DNA of 64,000 nt, from the sequence record OZ240615.1. The stretch is one strand, 5' to 3'. Numbering within the stretch: position 1 is the first letter of the stretch; each line of letters begins with the position of its first letter. The translations under genes and the position numbers were made by a program. Below the pieces are notes generated by a model. It had not been told where the DNA came from. It searched no databases and saw only the letters and a list, made by a program, of their open reading frames with translations. Shown in pieces: positions 1 to 10,851 of the stretch.

Positions 1-426
1 CCCAGTAAAAGCAGGGCAGGTTGGCCTGACTCGTAACTGGGTCACAGTGGGGACAGTACTGAGGTTCAGGACTTCGTCATAGATGTCTTCTGCGGCTAAC
101 TGGAAACCGAAGTTCAAGTTAATCTCCGCTAGAAGATCTGATTTTTTAAACTTGTTACTGGCGGAAACGTACACTTGGACATCACTGAAAATCTGGGCAA
201 GGTTCGGACGGTTCCAGGTTAATGTCACTTCCCCTTCACGTCCCATCCCGGGAATAGCCATCAATTTACCGACAGTATTACGGGCAGTATCGCCGTTCGT
301 ATTTTCGGTAAAATTGGTTAAGCGTACTTGGTCTTGTGTAAAGTCACTGTCCGGGTTCGCCTCTTTGATCAGGTCGAAAACCAGCTCATCCGTCGGCTTA
401 TTGTAATACCCATTCGCTGCAGCCAT
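1..426 (-). CDS. Virion structural protein, N-terminal 142 aa (runs off left edge); phiKZ-like tail/baseplate-associated paralog family
   Basis: Not in the ORF track; read manually. ATG at 426 with GGAG RBS, open to base 1: MAAANGYYNKPTDELVFDLIKEANPDSDFTQDQV...EVTLTWNRPNLAQIF. Lies in the structural cluster. Confidence 0.7.
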   Translation of the reverse strand, partial: MAAANGYYNKPTDELVFDLIKEANPDSDFTQDQVRLTNFTENTNGDTARNTVGKLMAIPGMGREGEVTLTWNRPNLAQIFSDVQVYVSASNKFKKSDLLAEINLNFGFQLAAEDIYDEVLNLSTVPTVTQLRVRPTCPAFTG

Positions 427-459
427 TATAGACTCCGTTAAAATAAAATTCGATTATGT

Positions 460-490
460 CATAACAAAAAAGGCGGTCTCCCGCCTTTTT
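460..490 (-). terminator. Hairpin GGCGG/CCGCC with flanking A/T tracts, followed on the minus strand by TATG
   Basis: Inverted repeat 466-490 between two minus-strand genes; TATG at 463-460. Confidence 0.7.
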
Positions 491-505
491 CATTTATTGT
501 ACGTA

Positions 506-2950
506 TTACTCGAAAGTGAGAAGCGTATCAGTGGGGAAGTACTCATTTAACCGTAAAGGTTCGGCGAACCCCAACAGGGTATCTGGCATGACTTGCCAGA
601 GCTGTACTCTCGGAATGTCTTTAACCCACAGACCGTCTAAGACAGTATTGGACAGCGACAATGCAGGATCAGATTGGACCTTGTTGACCCACAGACCATT
701 AAGGTTCCGAACGAGGACTTCCGTCTGGAGTAAGTCATCCACTTGCGGCGGGTAGACCCAGAGACCCGGTAGCGCTAACGTCCTGATTATGTCTTCTATC
801 GGCCGGTATGTAACATGGTATAGCCACAATCCGTTAAGCGCTGTATTACTGACATCCAGCTCAATATCTTTGGTCAAGGAGCCTTTGAAACGAACTTCAG
901 CAATCGGGATACGATGAATCGTTTTGATCGCAGTGTCGCAAAGGAACCCAATTCCCCAATCCAGTTTGTAGTAGTAATTGGCGTAGATCTGTTTCAGGTC
1001 AAGGTTAATCGCTCTGAACGGAGGAACGTCCGTCGAGGACTTCGCCCTTTGTTTCTGGTTGATCACTTCCACTCGTGACGGAAGTTGAACTTTACCATAA
1101 CCTTTACTCTCAACATTACCATACCGGACCGCTAGATTATCCAAAACAATACCGGGGGCAGCAATCGTTTTATGAACGTACTGGACGCCATAAGACGAAA
1201 GCTGAGTCATGATCCCGATCATCGCTGTGTGGATATCTGATATACTGATCGTTGAGCGCAAGTCAGACCCGGTTGCTACGGTAAAAATACTCAGCGCAAA
1301 CTCGGACCATTCTGTCGGGGTGGTCATGCTCAACTTCCAGTTCTTCTCTTTAAACCACTCTGTGTAAGTGGTAGGCGTGTCAATCAGTACGCACAATTCA
1401 TCGCAATAAAACTTACGACACAGAACTTCCCACTCCCCGCGTTGATAGAAATCTTCCATCGAAGTATACATCATACGGTGTGCAGAGATGTTCCCTTGAA
1501 TAGCCACTGCGGTCGAATAAAAGGCTTCGGTAGAGATAATACTGTTGACCAAGGTGGTTTCCGTCATGGCGACCTGAATCCCTAACTCAGTCACATATTT
1601 TTTCTGCGTGGCGCGACGTAACTCCGAAAATGTTGGAGTCGGGATTCGTTGCGCAAAGAAAGCCGTGAGGTTGGGGATATCTGTCAACGTCACTTCAAAT
1701 TGTTGCATGACGCTATACACCCAAAGAATCAACGCCTCTTTAACTGACATTGACATCGCTTCCTGACTAACAGGATCAGTCAGAATGATGTTCGCCGTGT
1801 ACTTCCCGTGTGAAGCTAAATAGATCCACTCGGTCAGTAATGTGTCGGTCAACTTCCGTGGCATCGCATCTGACTGGTCAACCATCACCGATTCAAGTAC
1901 TTTTGTCGGCAGGATGTTAGTGATTGCATTCTTCACCATGTCAGGAACGACGGTCTGTTGTGTTTCCAGATAATCAGCGTTATCTTTTGCCGAGTTCACT
2001 TCGTTAGCTAACGCGTCTTCAATGGTGATGTACTGGATACCACTAACAGATTCTGCCAGGGTGTTCTGTGGGACTTTGGCAATAGTACCGGCGGAATAAA
2101 TGTTCTCGCTTACTGAGGTTACGTCTTGCTGAATTTCGTAAGCCGTCAACGGAATTCTGCGGTCAGTAAGGATATTGGCAATCAGGTCGACAAATGTGTC
2201 GGTTTTACCAGCGTGAGCCTCAATGTACTCTATGTTACGGTAGAGGTAAAGACTCTGTTTAAGGCTGGCATAGTCTTTAAACTGATTCAGTCTTTCGTGC
2301 GAACCCAAATAACACCATAAATGATAACTGTGAACTTGAGGAGTACGCACATACCGGTTGCGGATATTGATGATCTCGCCGGGTAGGTGTGTGAATAATA
2401 ACCCAAAGAAAGTGGCCGGGTACTGAACCTGTACTCTGGCTGGTAAAGGCATATACCAGCGTTGGACAAAGTTATTGATCCATACCTGGAGATCGCTGAT
2501 TAAATAGACCTCTTGACTTTCGACTTCGTCTGAATCGTAATACAAGATTTCCCAGTCATCCGCTGCCAGAATCTTATCCATAGATACAGGGTTCAATATC
2601 CCGCGAATCAATGTTTCTTGATTCGGGTAGCGCGATAACAAGTTCTGGTAATAGCTACTACCAAAACTGTACGCCTTTCGAGTGGCGCGGTGTAACAACA
2701 GGTTATCATATGTGAAGTCGATCGTCTCCAGTGTATCTAATGATACGACGGTCATAGGGGTATCGCTGGCGTGGTATAACCCCGCCAGATTCATATAGTA
2801 CGCCCATGTCGACGGAGAGTCTGGATCTACAGTATAACCTATTTGGCTCAGGTAATTATTACGCATCGCTGCCGCAGCAGGAAACTTTAAGGTCAATGTT
2901 TGTGCTAAATTAATGACGCTGTCTAAATACAATTTCTGCGTGGTATCCAC
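506..2950 (-). CDS. Conserved virion structural protein (phiKZ gp128-like, putative baseplate component)
   Basis: 814-aa ORF, GTG start with GAGGAG RBS; divergent from the portal gene as in phiKZ-like synteny. Confidence 0.7.
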   Translation of the reverse strand: MDTTQKLYLDSVINLAQTLTLKFPAAAAMRNNYLSQIGYTVDPDSPSTWAYYMNLAGLYHASDTPMTVVSLDTLETIDFTYDNLLLHRATRKAYSFGSSYYQNLLSRYPNQETLIRGILNPVSMDKILAADDWEILYYDSDEVESQEVYLISDLQVWINNFVQRWYMPLPARVQVQYPATFFGLLFTHLPGEIINIRNRYVRTPQVHSYHLWCYLGSHERLNQFKDYASLKQSLYLYRNIEYIEAHAGKTDTFVDLIANILTDRRIPLTAYEIQQDVTSVSENIYSAGTIAKVPQNTLAESVSGIQYITIEDALANEVNSAKDNADYLETQQTVVPDMVKNAITNILPTKVLESVMVDQSDAMPRKLTDTLLTEWIYLASHGKYTANIILTDPVSQEAMSMSVKEALILWVYSVMQQFEVTLTDIPNLTAFFAQRIPTPTFSELRRATQKKYVTELGIQVAMTETTLVNSIISTEAFYSTAVAIQGNISAHRMMYTSMEDFYQRGEWEVLCRKFYCDELCVLIDTPTTYTEWFKEKNWKLSMTTPTEWSEFALSIFTVATGSDLRSTISISDIHTAMIGIMTQLSSYGVQYVHKTIAAPGIVLDNLAVRYGNVESKGYGKVQLPSRVEVINQKQRAKSSTDVPPFRAINLDLKQIYANYYYKLDWGIGFLCDTAIKTIHRIPIAEVRFKGSLTKDIELDVSNTALNGLWLYHVTYRPIEDIIRTLALPGLWVYPPQVDDLLQTEVLVRNLNGLWVNKVQSDPALSLSNTVLDGLWVKDIPRVQLWQVMPDTLLGFAEPLRLNEYFPTDTLLTFE

Positions 2951-3014
2951 CGAGCAGTCTCCTCAACAGAACAATCGATTCCCCTTTTCAGAGTGAGAGA
3001 AGGATTCTGAATTT

Positions 3015-5804
3015 ATGAACAATTACGAAAAGAAAACGTTGAGTCCTAACGGACTGAAAGTCTCTAGTCGACCGCAGACGTGGCTTCAACGTACACCTTC
3101 CGCCACCGCTATTATGTCAAAGCTGGTACCGGATGCTGTTCATCGGACAAACACACCCGGTAACGGAGTAGATGTTCCCGATCCGACTATATTTGACCGG
3201 CTCGTGAGTCGGCGCGCCAGAAAAAACTTGGATGCAGAAACCATCATTTCTTTAGCGCCTGATATCAAGCTAATTAAACAAATGATCGTTTCAACGACAC
3301 TTTCTCCTGTTGACATGACCCAAGGGGAGTTGGGGTTTAAAACCGAAGCATCAGAAATCCCACCTAGCGTCCTCAATCAAGTTACAGAAGTGATACGGGA
3401 TCACTTTGAGTCTTACTACCCTTTGCGCGATAAACTCCCTGAGATCATCGGTGAGGCGTTATTTGAGACGGGTGCGTGGGTAGGCGTCATCATCCCGGAA
3501 GCGGTCATCGACGACATCGTTAACTTGCGAGAAGTCGGTAGTTATCTCGCCACCGAAAGCTTTAACGAAAAGCTGAAAACGCATTTTGTTGACGGAACAT
3601 TACGATCAGTTGGTATCCTCGGTGACCCGGGTATCACTGATCAAGAAATAAGAGACGCCAAGAATTCCAAAAAACCGCTGCGCACTACGGCTTCGAGTCC
3701 GTCTTTAGAAAGTATGTTCGCTATGCCACAAACCCGCGATGATTTGGTAAAAATAAATGACAGCGCCACGATCACCGATAACTTAGGTATCATGGGGTTA
3801 GGTCATATTCGTAACCAGATCAATGAAGAACGGTTGAAAAACAAATACCGCTATGGGCGCTCTGGGGCGGGGCTAGAATCTTACGGGGCCAGAAAAGGTC
3901 ATAACAACGTCTCGACGGTAGCGCGGTCACTTTACCATACCCGCAGTGGTCAGACGGCTATCTCGCCGGTGAAAGTCATCCCATCGGCAGCCGAAGCAAG
4001 TCGAAGTAGCATTGGTCATCCGCTTGTGGTGAAATGCCCGTCGGAATCCGTCATCCCATGTTACCCGAAAGGGGACGAACGTAATCATATCGGTTATGTT
4101 ATCGTACTGGACGAGTTAGGTAACCCGTTAAATCTGACTGATGAATTGAACCGCGCTGCCACGAGTGGGCAGATCGGGATCATGGGCGCACAACAGCAGT
4201 TGGACATGACGTCCAGTTTGATTCAACAGACCCGTATCGCTCAGAACGGTATCTGCATGGATACTGACCAGTTAGCCGCTGAGCAACGTATTCGCGTCTA
4301 TAATCAGGTACTGGAAGAGAACATTCTGAACCGCATTAAGAACGGGTTGATTGGACGTAACGTTAAGATGGCATGGAACGAAGACATTATGCGCATCATG
4401 ATGTTCCGTCAGTTTGCCAACCAGAGAACAAATCTGGTCTTTGTGCCTGCGGAACAAGTTGCCTACTTTGCCTACGACTACGACAGTAACGGGATGGGTA
4501 AGTCATTACTGGATGACATCAAACAGGTTTCGGCTTTGCGGGCGATGACGACGTTCGCCAACTTTATGGCAGGTGTGAAGAACGCCGTAGGTCGAACCAA
4601 GGTCACCATGAATATTGACCCTCGTATGCCCGACCCAGAAAAAGCGTACGCTATCTTAGTGGATGAATACCAGCGTATGCAATCCACGGTAACCCCGACT
4701 GATGTCAGCTCTTCGGCAGAAATGTTTCGTGTACTGCGGATGATGGGGACAACGATCGAAGTGCAAGGTAACCCTCGAATTCCGAACACAACGGTCGAAA
4801 TCAACGAATACCAATCGCAAAAACAAATCATCGATGAGTCGTTTACTGATGACCTACGTCGGCAGCAGTATATGGGTCTCTTTGTTACCCCAGCGATGGT
4901 GGATATGACGGACGAAGCGGATTTTGCTATTACGCGTTGGACGTCGAATCAACTCTACGCTAAACGTATCATGATGATTCAGGACGATACCTGTAAACAC
5001 GGGAAAAAATTCGTTCGGTCTTACGTTAATTCTGACGGTATCTTAATTGGTCGTATTCAGAAAATCTTCGAGGAGAATAATGATAAACTCCCAGAAGAAT
5101 TCCAGCTGGATAAAGAAGCAACGATCCCGGAGGAATTAAAATACCTTGACGCTATCGATGCGTATTTCGATGCGTTCTACCTTGAACTGCCACGACCGGA
5201 AAACAACCGGATCGAGAAACAGAAAGAAGAATTCGATAAAGTCAAAGACATGATCGACGACATTGTCGACTGCTACATCTCTTCTGAACTTCTGGGAGCA
5301 TTTGCGCCGGAAGACCAAGGTAAAATCGAAATGCTCAGGGCGCATATGACTGCATACCTGAAACGCGATTGGTTACAAAGTCAAGGTTTCGACATGGGCT
5401 TCATTAAGATGCTCACACCGGTAACCGAAGAAGACCCGTCTCTCGACATGATCAAAGTCTTCTCAACGGACATCACCAATTTACTCCATAACTTTGGTGA
5501 CTTTAGTTCAGCGTTGGTAGCTACACGAAAAGCGTTACTGGAACGAATGGAAGTAGAGAACCCTAAACAACATGAAATCCTAACGGCAAACAACGATGCC
5601 GGTGGCGGTGATTGGGGTGGTGGGGGAAGTGACAGTAATGACTGGAACGAAGGCGGCGACGCTTTCGGCGGGGGTGACGACTTCGGTTCATTCGAAGACA
5701 CCGAGAGCGACCCTTTCTCTACTGAAGGTCTAGAGGAGAATTCTGAAGAGAATGTCGAGGAAGAAAATCCTTTCTCGACACCGGAAGAAGAACCTCCTAT
5801 GTAA
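3015..5804 (+). CDS. Portal protein (phiKZ gp129-like)
   Basis: 929 aa; size, position near MCP and nvRNAP genes, acidic Gly-rich C-terminal tail, several S/A/G-x-E protease motifs (ATES, SLES, GLES). Confidence 0.75.
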   Translation: MNNYEKKTLSPNGLKVSSRPQTWLQRTPSATAIMSKLVPDAVHRTNTPGNGVDVPDPTIFDRLVSRRARKNLDAETIISLAPDIKLIKQMIVSTTLSPVDMTQGELGFKTEASEIPPSVLNQVTEVIRDHFESYYPLRDKLPEIIGEALFETGAWVGVIIPEAVIDDIVNLREVGSYLATESFNEKLKTHFVDGTLRSVGILGDPGITDQEIRDAKNSKKPLRTTASSPSLESMFAMPQTRDDLVKINDSATITDNLGIMGLGHIRNQINEERLKNKYRYGRSGAGLESYGARKGHNNVSTVARSLYHTRSGQTAISPVKVIPSAAEASRSSIGHPLVVKCPSESVIPCYPKGDERNHIGYVIVLDELGNPLNLTDELNRAATSGQIGIMGAQQQLDMTSSLIQQTRIAQNGICMDTDQLAAEQRIRVYNQVLEENILNRIKNGLIGRNVKMAWNEDIMRIMMFRQFANQRTNLVFVPAEQVAYFAYDYDSNGMGKSLLDDIKQVSALRAMTTFANFMAGVKNAVGRTKVTMNIDPRMPDPEKAYAILVDEYQRMQSTVTPTDVSSSAEMFRVLRMMGTTIEVQGNPRIPNTTVEINEYQSQKQIIDESFTDDLRRQQYMGLFVTPAMVDMTDEADFAITRWTSNQLYAKRIMMIQDDTCKHGKKFVRSYVNSDGILIGRIQKIFEENNDKLPEEFQLDKEATIPEELKYLDAIDAYFDAFYLELPRPENNRIEKQKEEFDKVKDMIDDIVDCYISSELLGAFAPEDQGKIEMLRAHMTAYLKRDWLQSQGFDMGFIKMLTPVTEEDPSLDMIKVFSTDITNLLHNFGDFSSALVATRKALLERMEVENPKQHEILTANNDAGGGDWGGGGSDSNDWNEGGDAFGGGDDFGSFEDTESDPFSTEGLEENSEENVEEENPFSTPEEEPPM

Positions 5805-5815
5805 AACAAAAAAAA

Positions 5816-5868
5816 AAGGATCTTTCGATCCTTTCTCCCCTACAGAGAGCTTTGGCTCTCTGTAGGGG
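5816..5868. terminator. Two adjacent hairpins between convergent genes (bidirectional terminator)
   Basis: AAAGGATC/GATCCTTT and TCCCCTACAGAGAGC/GCTCTCTGTAGGGGA. Confidence 0.75.
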
Positions 5869-5877
5869 ATTTATTAT

Positions 5878-8082
5878 TTAGTCGTGGGTACGTAAGACGA
5901 GAACAAAGCTGTCAGACTTCTGATCCTGGTAATCTTTCCGAACTTCAAACCAGCTGTTATCTGCAAACCAGATATAGTTAAAGCACGCGATGTCGCTGTT
6001 AGCATTGAAGGTCAACGCCTTTAATGCGCTATGAAGTTTAGGAGAGGAGAAAGAGGAAACTAACAGCGGTTCGTTAGGTTTCTCTTCGCCGGTGATCGAC
6101 AGTTTCAGGTCATTCACTAACACGGGTGCAATAACCATGTTAATGCGTTTAACGACATAGATCGTTCTGGCGTCAGTGCTTTCGCTTACACCTGCACCAA
6201 CAATCCCGGAACCGACTTTGAACATCTGGAAATTACTGATGTGGAATGCAAATGCTGCGGCAAGTTTCGCCGCGAACTCCGCCCCACGTTTTTCCGTGAC
6301 ATCGTCATACAGGGTTGCCAGATCTTCAAACGCTTCGATACGTAAACGGCATCCCATTTCCAAACGGAAGATGCTGTTAACCAAATCAACGATATGACGT
6401 TTCGCTGCGACGACTAGTGCTGCCGGAACACGCTCGATAACCCGACTGAAGTTGTCGTGAATATCTTGCAGATATTTCAGCTCTACGCCGTCTTTGAAAT
6501 TGAGGCCGGTCATGTCAAGATGACGCAGAACATAGTTTGCTTCTTCTGCAGTCGCACAAGTCATGATTGGTTCATACAGCTCTGCGCCCGTTTGGAACGT
6601 ATTGAAGTTGGTGTGGAGATGTCCGCTTTGATCGTTAGTTGCTTCCTCGCAACGTGACATTTCTTGCAGACGGATATGACCCATCCCGAAACCTTTTACG
6701 ATCTCATCTGAACGCAGGATTTGATCAAAGGTGATTGACCCGGCGTCAGGGGCATCTGGGATAACTTTTTGCAGTTCTTCTGGTTGCCCCTCGTTCTCTT
6801 CGCGAATACTTTTAACAACGGCTTCGTACTCTTCGCGGTTCTCGTCGCGGAGTTTACGGTTTGCCGTGACGTTGAAACGCGGGGCGCCAAGCGCGTCGCG
6901 TATTTCACTGTTTTTCGGGTGGAAGCGGTAATTCGCTTCTTTTGCCCCGACAATGTTTAACTGGTGAATTTTACGATCCACTTCTGCTACCTCTTCTGGG
7001 TTAAGGGGCTCGTAACGGACGAAACGATAGCCGTCTTTCGTGATGTCCCATACCGGGCGAACGGAATCAGCTTCCCACACGATTGTATCATTACGAAGTT
7101 GTTCGTTCGGATGCAGCGGAATAGAAAGTACAACTTCGAGGTCCGTCAGATCAATACGGCCAGACTTTACGTCTTCCGCAGTAATCGGGCCGGTGGCCAG
7201 GAGATTACCTTTACTGGAACGTTTTTCGACGACAGGGGCTTTGGTTGAGGTCGTCTGGCGCGAACGAATATTCTCCGGTTCAACGCGCTCGTACGCCGGA
7301 CGGTTAGCTCTCCGCGGATCAGGGGTGCTAAAAGCCTCACCCATCTTTTCCTCGAAGGCGTCGTCAATCTGCTGGCGATTTTCTTGCGCCTGCTGTTCCA
7401 TCGCTTCCCGACGCTGCGCTGCTGCAACATATGCGTTTTGACCACGGCGATTTTTGCGGCTGGCGTTGATATCCGGTGCCTGCGTGTGACGGTCTGAACC
7501 ATACCCATTAGCACGTGGGCGAGTCGGGATCGGGGACTCATAACGCCCGCGGCGTTCTTCATTGTACCCCCGACGATCATCATAACGCCCTCGCGTATCG
7601 CGATCTTCGTAACGCCCACGTTGTTCCGGTCCGCGGCCAAATCCGCCACGACCGCGATCATCTCTGCTGTAGCCACGACGATCATCATCGTAACGACGAC
7701 GATCAAGTTCTTCCGCGCGACGTTCTAATGCGCGACGAAGTTGGTTGGCGTTATCGGCCAGATAAAGAATTTCGTCTTCGGTGCGGCGGTCAGGAATCTC
7801 CGCACGACGGTCTTCTTTGATCAAAGCACCGGCAAAATACGCGGCCAGTTCGATGGCGCCTTCCCAGAGGTCACGTGGTTCTTTTCTTGCTTCGATCAAC
7901 ATGTCCATTGAGTCGAAGACAAAATTGATCAAATTTTCTCGGGTCGTACGACTTTCCCGACAAACATCATCGAGATAACCAAAAATCATGTCGTTACGCC
8001 CAAGTTCACTGATACGCTCGTCTAAGAAGCGGGCCAGATTACGTTCCGTGAACTCCATATCATCTCTGCGACGATTGAACAT
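5878..8082 (-). CDS. Conserved hypothetical protein (phiKZ gp124-like) with R/D/G/Y-rich low-complexity region
   Basis: 734-aa ORF directly downstream of the nvRNAP subunit gene; GGAG RBS. Confidence 0.7.
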   Translation of the reverse strand: MFNRRRDDMEFTERNLARFLDERISELGRNDMIFGYLDDVCRESRTTRENLINFVFDSMDMLIEARKEPRDLWEGAIELAAYFAGALIKEDRRAEIPDRRTEDEILYLADNANQLRRALERRAEELDRRRYDDDRRGYSRDDRGRGGFGRGPEQRGRYEDRDTRGRYDDRRGYNEERRGRYESPIPTRPRANGYGSDRHTQAPDINASRKNRRGQNAYVAAAQRREAMEQQAQENRQQIDDAFEEKMGEAFSTPDPRRANRPAYERVEPENIRSRQTTSTKAPVVEKRSSKGNLLATGPITAEDVKSGRIDLTDLEVVLSIPLHPNEQLRNDTIVWEADSVRPVWDITKDGYRFVRYEPLNPEEVAEVDRKIHQLNIVGAKEANYRFHPKNSEIRDALGAPRFNVTANRKLRDENREEYEAVVKSIREENEGQPEELQKVIPDAPDAGSITFDQILRSDEIVKGFGMGHIRLQEMSRCEEATNDQSGHLHTNFNTFQTGAELYEPIMTCATAEEANYVLRHLDMTGLNFKDGVELKYLQDIHDNFSRVIERVPAALVVAAKRHIVDLVNSIFRLEMGCRLRIEAFEDLATLYDDVTEKRGAEFAAKLAAAFAFHISNFQMFKVGSGIVGAGVSESTDARTIYVVKRINMVIAPVLVNDLKLSITGEEKPNEPLLVSSFSSPKLHSALKALTFNANSDIACFNYIWFADNSWFEVRKDYQDQKSDSFVLVLRTHD

Positions 8083-8112
8083 GTGATTTTACTCCTGTGA
8101 GATTATGAAAAA

Positions 8113-9723
8113 TTAATTACTGATTTCGTCTTGTACTTGGTCAAGGAGCTCAATGTTTTTCGGGTTGCGGATAAACTTCCCGGATTCGTCGGTGTGGGCG
8201 TAAACGTTTAGCCGTCCACGACCGTCGGGAATACCTTTGGCGAAATTACACACTGAGCCACACTCCATGATACTGGCGTGGAGGTGATATGCTGCTTCAT
8301 TAGGTTTGAAGCTTTTTGTCTTCCCTTTACCAATAACTGCGTTGACTTGACGAATGGCGATGCATGTATGTTTGAAGATCATGTTGTCGCCGGGGTATTG
8401 TACCGAGTTCAATTCGCCGTGACCTCGCTGAATGCCTAAGAAAGCATTCGTTGTCAGGAAACTTGAAAGTTTCCAAGTCAGACGTTTAAGCCGGAGGGTT
8501 TTCTGTTCTTTTTCCAGTTGCCATGTAAAGTTGAAAATACTCTCTGTAATGCCCGATAAAGCATAGCGCTTCACTAAGAGATACTTACCCCACATGTTAC
8601 CGGAGTTATCGTCTTTAAGACGATCCTGGATCGTTTCCAGGATATGGATAAACAACTCGTACAAGTCGTTTGCCATAATCCCTTCCTGACGAAGGTTTTT
8701 CTTTGTTTCCCCGTCGACGTAACTGTCGAGCGACTTGAGATGAAGATCCACTTTGTTTAGCAGTTTCCCTTCGTTCTCATTTCCTTGGTGTAAAATGAAC
8801 CCCATGATAATACGCCATGTATCAGGCATGTCGATATATTGCAAACTGAAACGGTTAGGGTAACGGTCAACCACGTAGAAGAAATGCGTGGCCAGCAGTT
8901 TAACCCCAATGTTCTCTGTTGCTTCACGAGGAATGATCAACGCAAGGTTAGTCGGTTTCCAGTCGGAGATCGCTCGGCGGCGCTCTGGCGGCGGAAGACC
9001 TTGTGTAGTGTAAACCACATAGTCTTCTATTGGGTATTGCTCACGGAGGTTTGCGTGGTTCTCCTCTATCGCGACGTCAATCCCATAGAACCGTTTGAAC
9101 GTCTCGGTCACTCCATATTTACAGAAGAGATAATGACCAAGGGTAGAATGGAACTGTTTACTTTTCCCTTCATTCCCTGTTTTTCCCTGATAGATGTTAC
9201 CGTAAACAACGAAGGATGGGATAGACTCCCCGTCCTGTAGTAACGTATAGATACTCCGTTTTAACGTGAACTTAGCACGGAATAGGATCGTGAAAAGATC
9301 GTTTCCGGCAACCGAGAACACCAGGTCGGCAAGAATAGGATGAATCGTTGCGCGACTACCGCCGAGCCAGATAGTTCCTGCTTCTCGAACAAACGGGATG
9401 TTGATATTGCGCTGGAGAATGTGCGTGCCCTGAAAACGTAACTTCATCTCGGACATCACCGCATCGGTTTGTGCTATGTCGACTTCCCCTCTTCGTTCGG
9501 CTTTCTCATTTCCCTTGATAATCGCCTGTGCCTCTTCGTAAGGCGTTAACCGGCGCATTCCTAAATACTCTACGTCGGGCGGGTAATCTTGCGCTGCACA
9601 TTGCGCAATACGGTCGACATACGCCTCTGCGTCTTCCATGTCCTTTACAGCAAACCCGCCGGCGATATCCGGGTTAAACTTCGGTAAAGGATCTACGATA
9701 TCATCGAACAGTACGTTATCCAC
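8113..9723 (-). CDS. Non-virion RNA polymerase beta subunit, N-terminal part (phiKZ gp123-like)
   Basis: 536 aa; N-terminus LPKFNPDIAGG, size and position two genes from MCP match the phiKZ nvRNAP beta-N subunit. Confidence 0.8.
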   Translation of the reverse strand: MDNVLFDDIVDPLPKFNPDIAGGFAVKDMEDAEAYVDRIAQCAAQDYPPDVEYLGMRRLTPYEEAQAIIKGNEKAERRGEVDIAQTDAVMSEMKLRFQGTHILQRNINIPFVREAGTIWLGGSRATIHPILADLVFSVAGNDLFTILFRAKFTLKRSIYTLLQDGESIPSFVVYGNIYQGKTGNEGKSKQFHSTLGHYLFCKYGVTETFKRFYGIDVAIEENHANLREQYPIEDYVVYTTQGLPPPERRRAISDWKPTNLALIIPREATENIGVKLLATHFFYVVDRYPNRFSLQYIDMPDTWRIIMGFILHQGNENEGKLLNKVDLHLKSLDSYVDGETKKNLRQEGIMANDLYELFIHILETIQDRLKDDNSGNMWGKYLLVKRYALSGITESIFNFTWQLEKEQKTLRLKRLTWKLSSFLTTNAFLGIQRGHGELNSVQYPGDNMIFKHTCIAIRQVNAVIGKGKTKSFKPNEAAYHLHASIMECGSVCNFAKGIPDGRGRLNVYAHTDESGKFIRNPKNIELLDQVQDEISN

Positions 9724-9744
9724 ACATATTCCCCTTATGCTCGT

Positions 9745-10740
9745 TTATAAAACAACCGCTGCGCCCCACGCCGCTTTTTTCGCCAAAAAGGACAATAACC
9801 ATTTTCCTGCTCTCAGCATTGTTGGGAGAATCGACTTAATAAACTCTCCGCCTGCTTTAATCCATGCAGAGGCGAGTTTCGCTTTCTTCTCTTTATCTTC
9901 TTCCTTTTCAGGTTTCGCTTGTTTCAGCGCCATCTGAATCTCTTCGAGTTCCTTTAACACAGATTCTCTAGAGGTGTGGAATTTGATTCCCAGTGGATTA
10001 TTACCGGAAAGCGCATCTTCGAAACTGAAGAAACTCTTTGAGGCCAATAACCGATTCCCTCCCTTTATTCTACCATAACTTTGCGCGGTAACACCGTCAG
10101 GTTCAATTGACGCTCGTGAGACATTTACTTTCATCACTTGTCCGCCTAAGGCGTAATAGAGTCCTTCTACATAACGCTCTTTATCGACGGCATTCACCAC
10201 AATACCTGACACCTTACTGATTTTGCAACCGGTATCGTCTTCGACAATATCGTGAATACTATCTTCACGATCAAGAAACGACGCTCGTGTGATCTTCATC
10301 CCTAAACCCGGGATGTTAACCTCCGAACCCAAATCGTTAAAGTCGTTTTCATCGATCACGAAAACCATTCGATAACGATAATGGTTTCGCGAACGACGCT
10401 TCTCTTCTTCGAAATGTACCATGCAATGACCTTTCACGGCGTCATAAAGGCCAAAGCTCGCTTCAGCATAATTATTCTGAGGGTCGTCAATATTGACCGT
10501 GTCTGTGCAATAAATGACCGTCAGATGAATAATTAAACAATCGCGTAACTTCGCTGCGCCGTGGGAAAATAACTCATTGTCAGTCCCATCTGATTTTTGC
10601 ACCGCCAAACCAAACCGATAATTGTTGGTCATCTCCACGGTAACGCAAAGATCACAATTACCGGTTCGATAATCGTTTGCAGAAATCAGTGTCTCTAGGG
10701 GCATCTGTTCTTTTCTTGGATTCTCACGCTTATAAACCAT
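9745..10740 (-). CDS. Conserved hypothetical protein (phiKZ gp122-like)
   Basis: 331-aa ORF with AGG RBS between MCP and the nvRNAP subunit gene. Confidence 0.7.
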   Translation of the reverse strand: MVYKRENPRKEQMPLETLISANDYRTGNCDLCVTVEMTNNYRFGLAVQKSDGTDNELFSHGAAKLRDCLIIHLTVIYCTDTVNIDDPQNNYAEASFGLYDAVKGHCMVHFEEEKRRSRNHYRYRMVFVIDENDFNDLGSEVNIPGLGMKITRASFLDREDSIHDIVEDDTGCKISKVSGIVVNAVDKERYVEGLYYALGGQVMKVNVSRASIEPDGVTAQSYGRIKGGNRLLASKSFFSFEDALSGNNPLGIKFHTSRESVLKELEEIQMALKQAKPEKEEDKEKKAKLASAWIKAGGEFIKSILPTMLRAGKWLLSFLAKKAAWGAAVVL

Positions 10741-10851
10741 CCTACACCTTATTTGTTAATTGGGAACGGAATACTTCTTACCGCACGTTTGACCTTTCTC
10801 AAGGGTCAACTTGGATCTTTCTCAAGGATCCATTAATACTCTCTCAATAAG

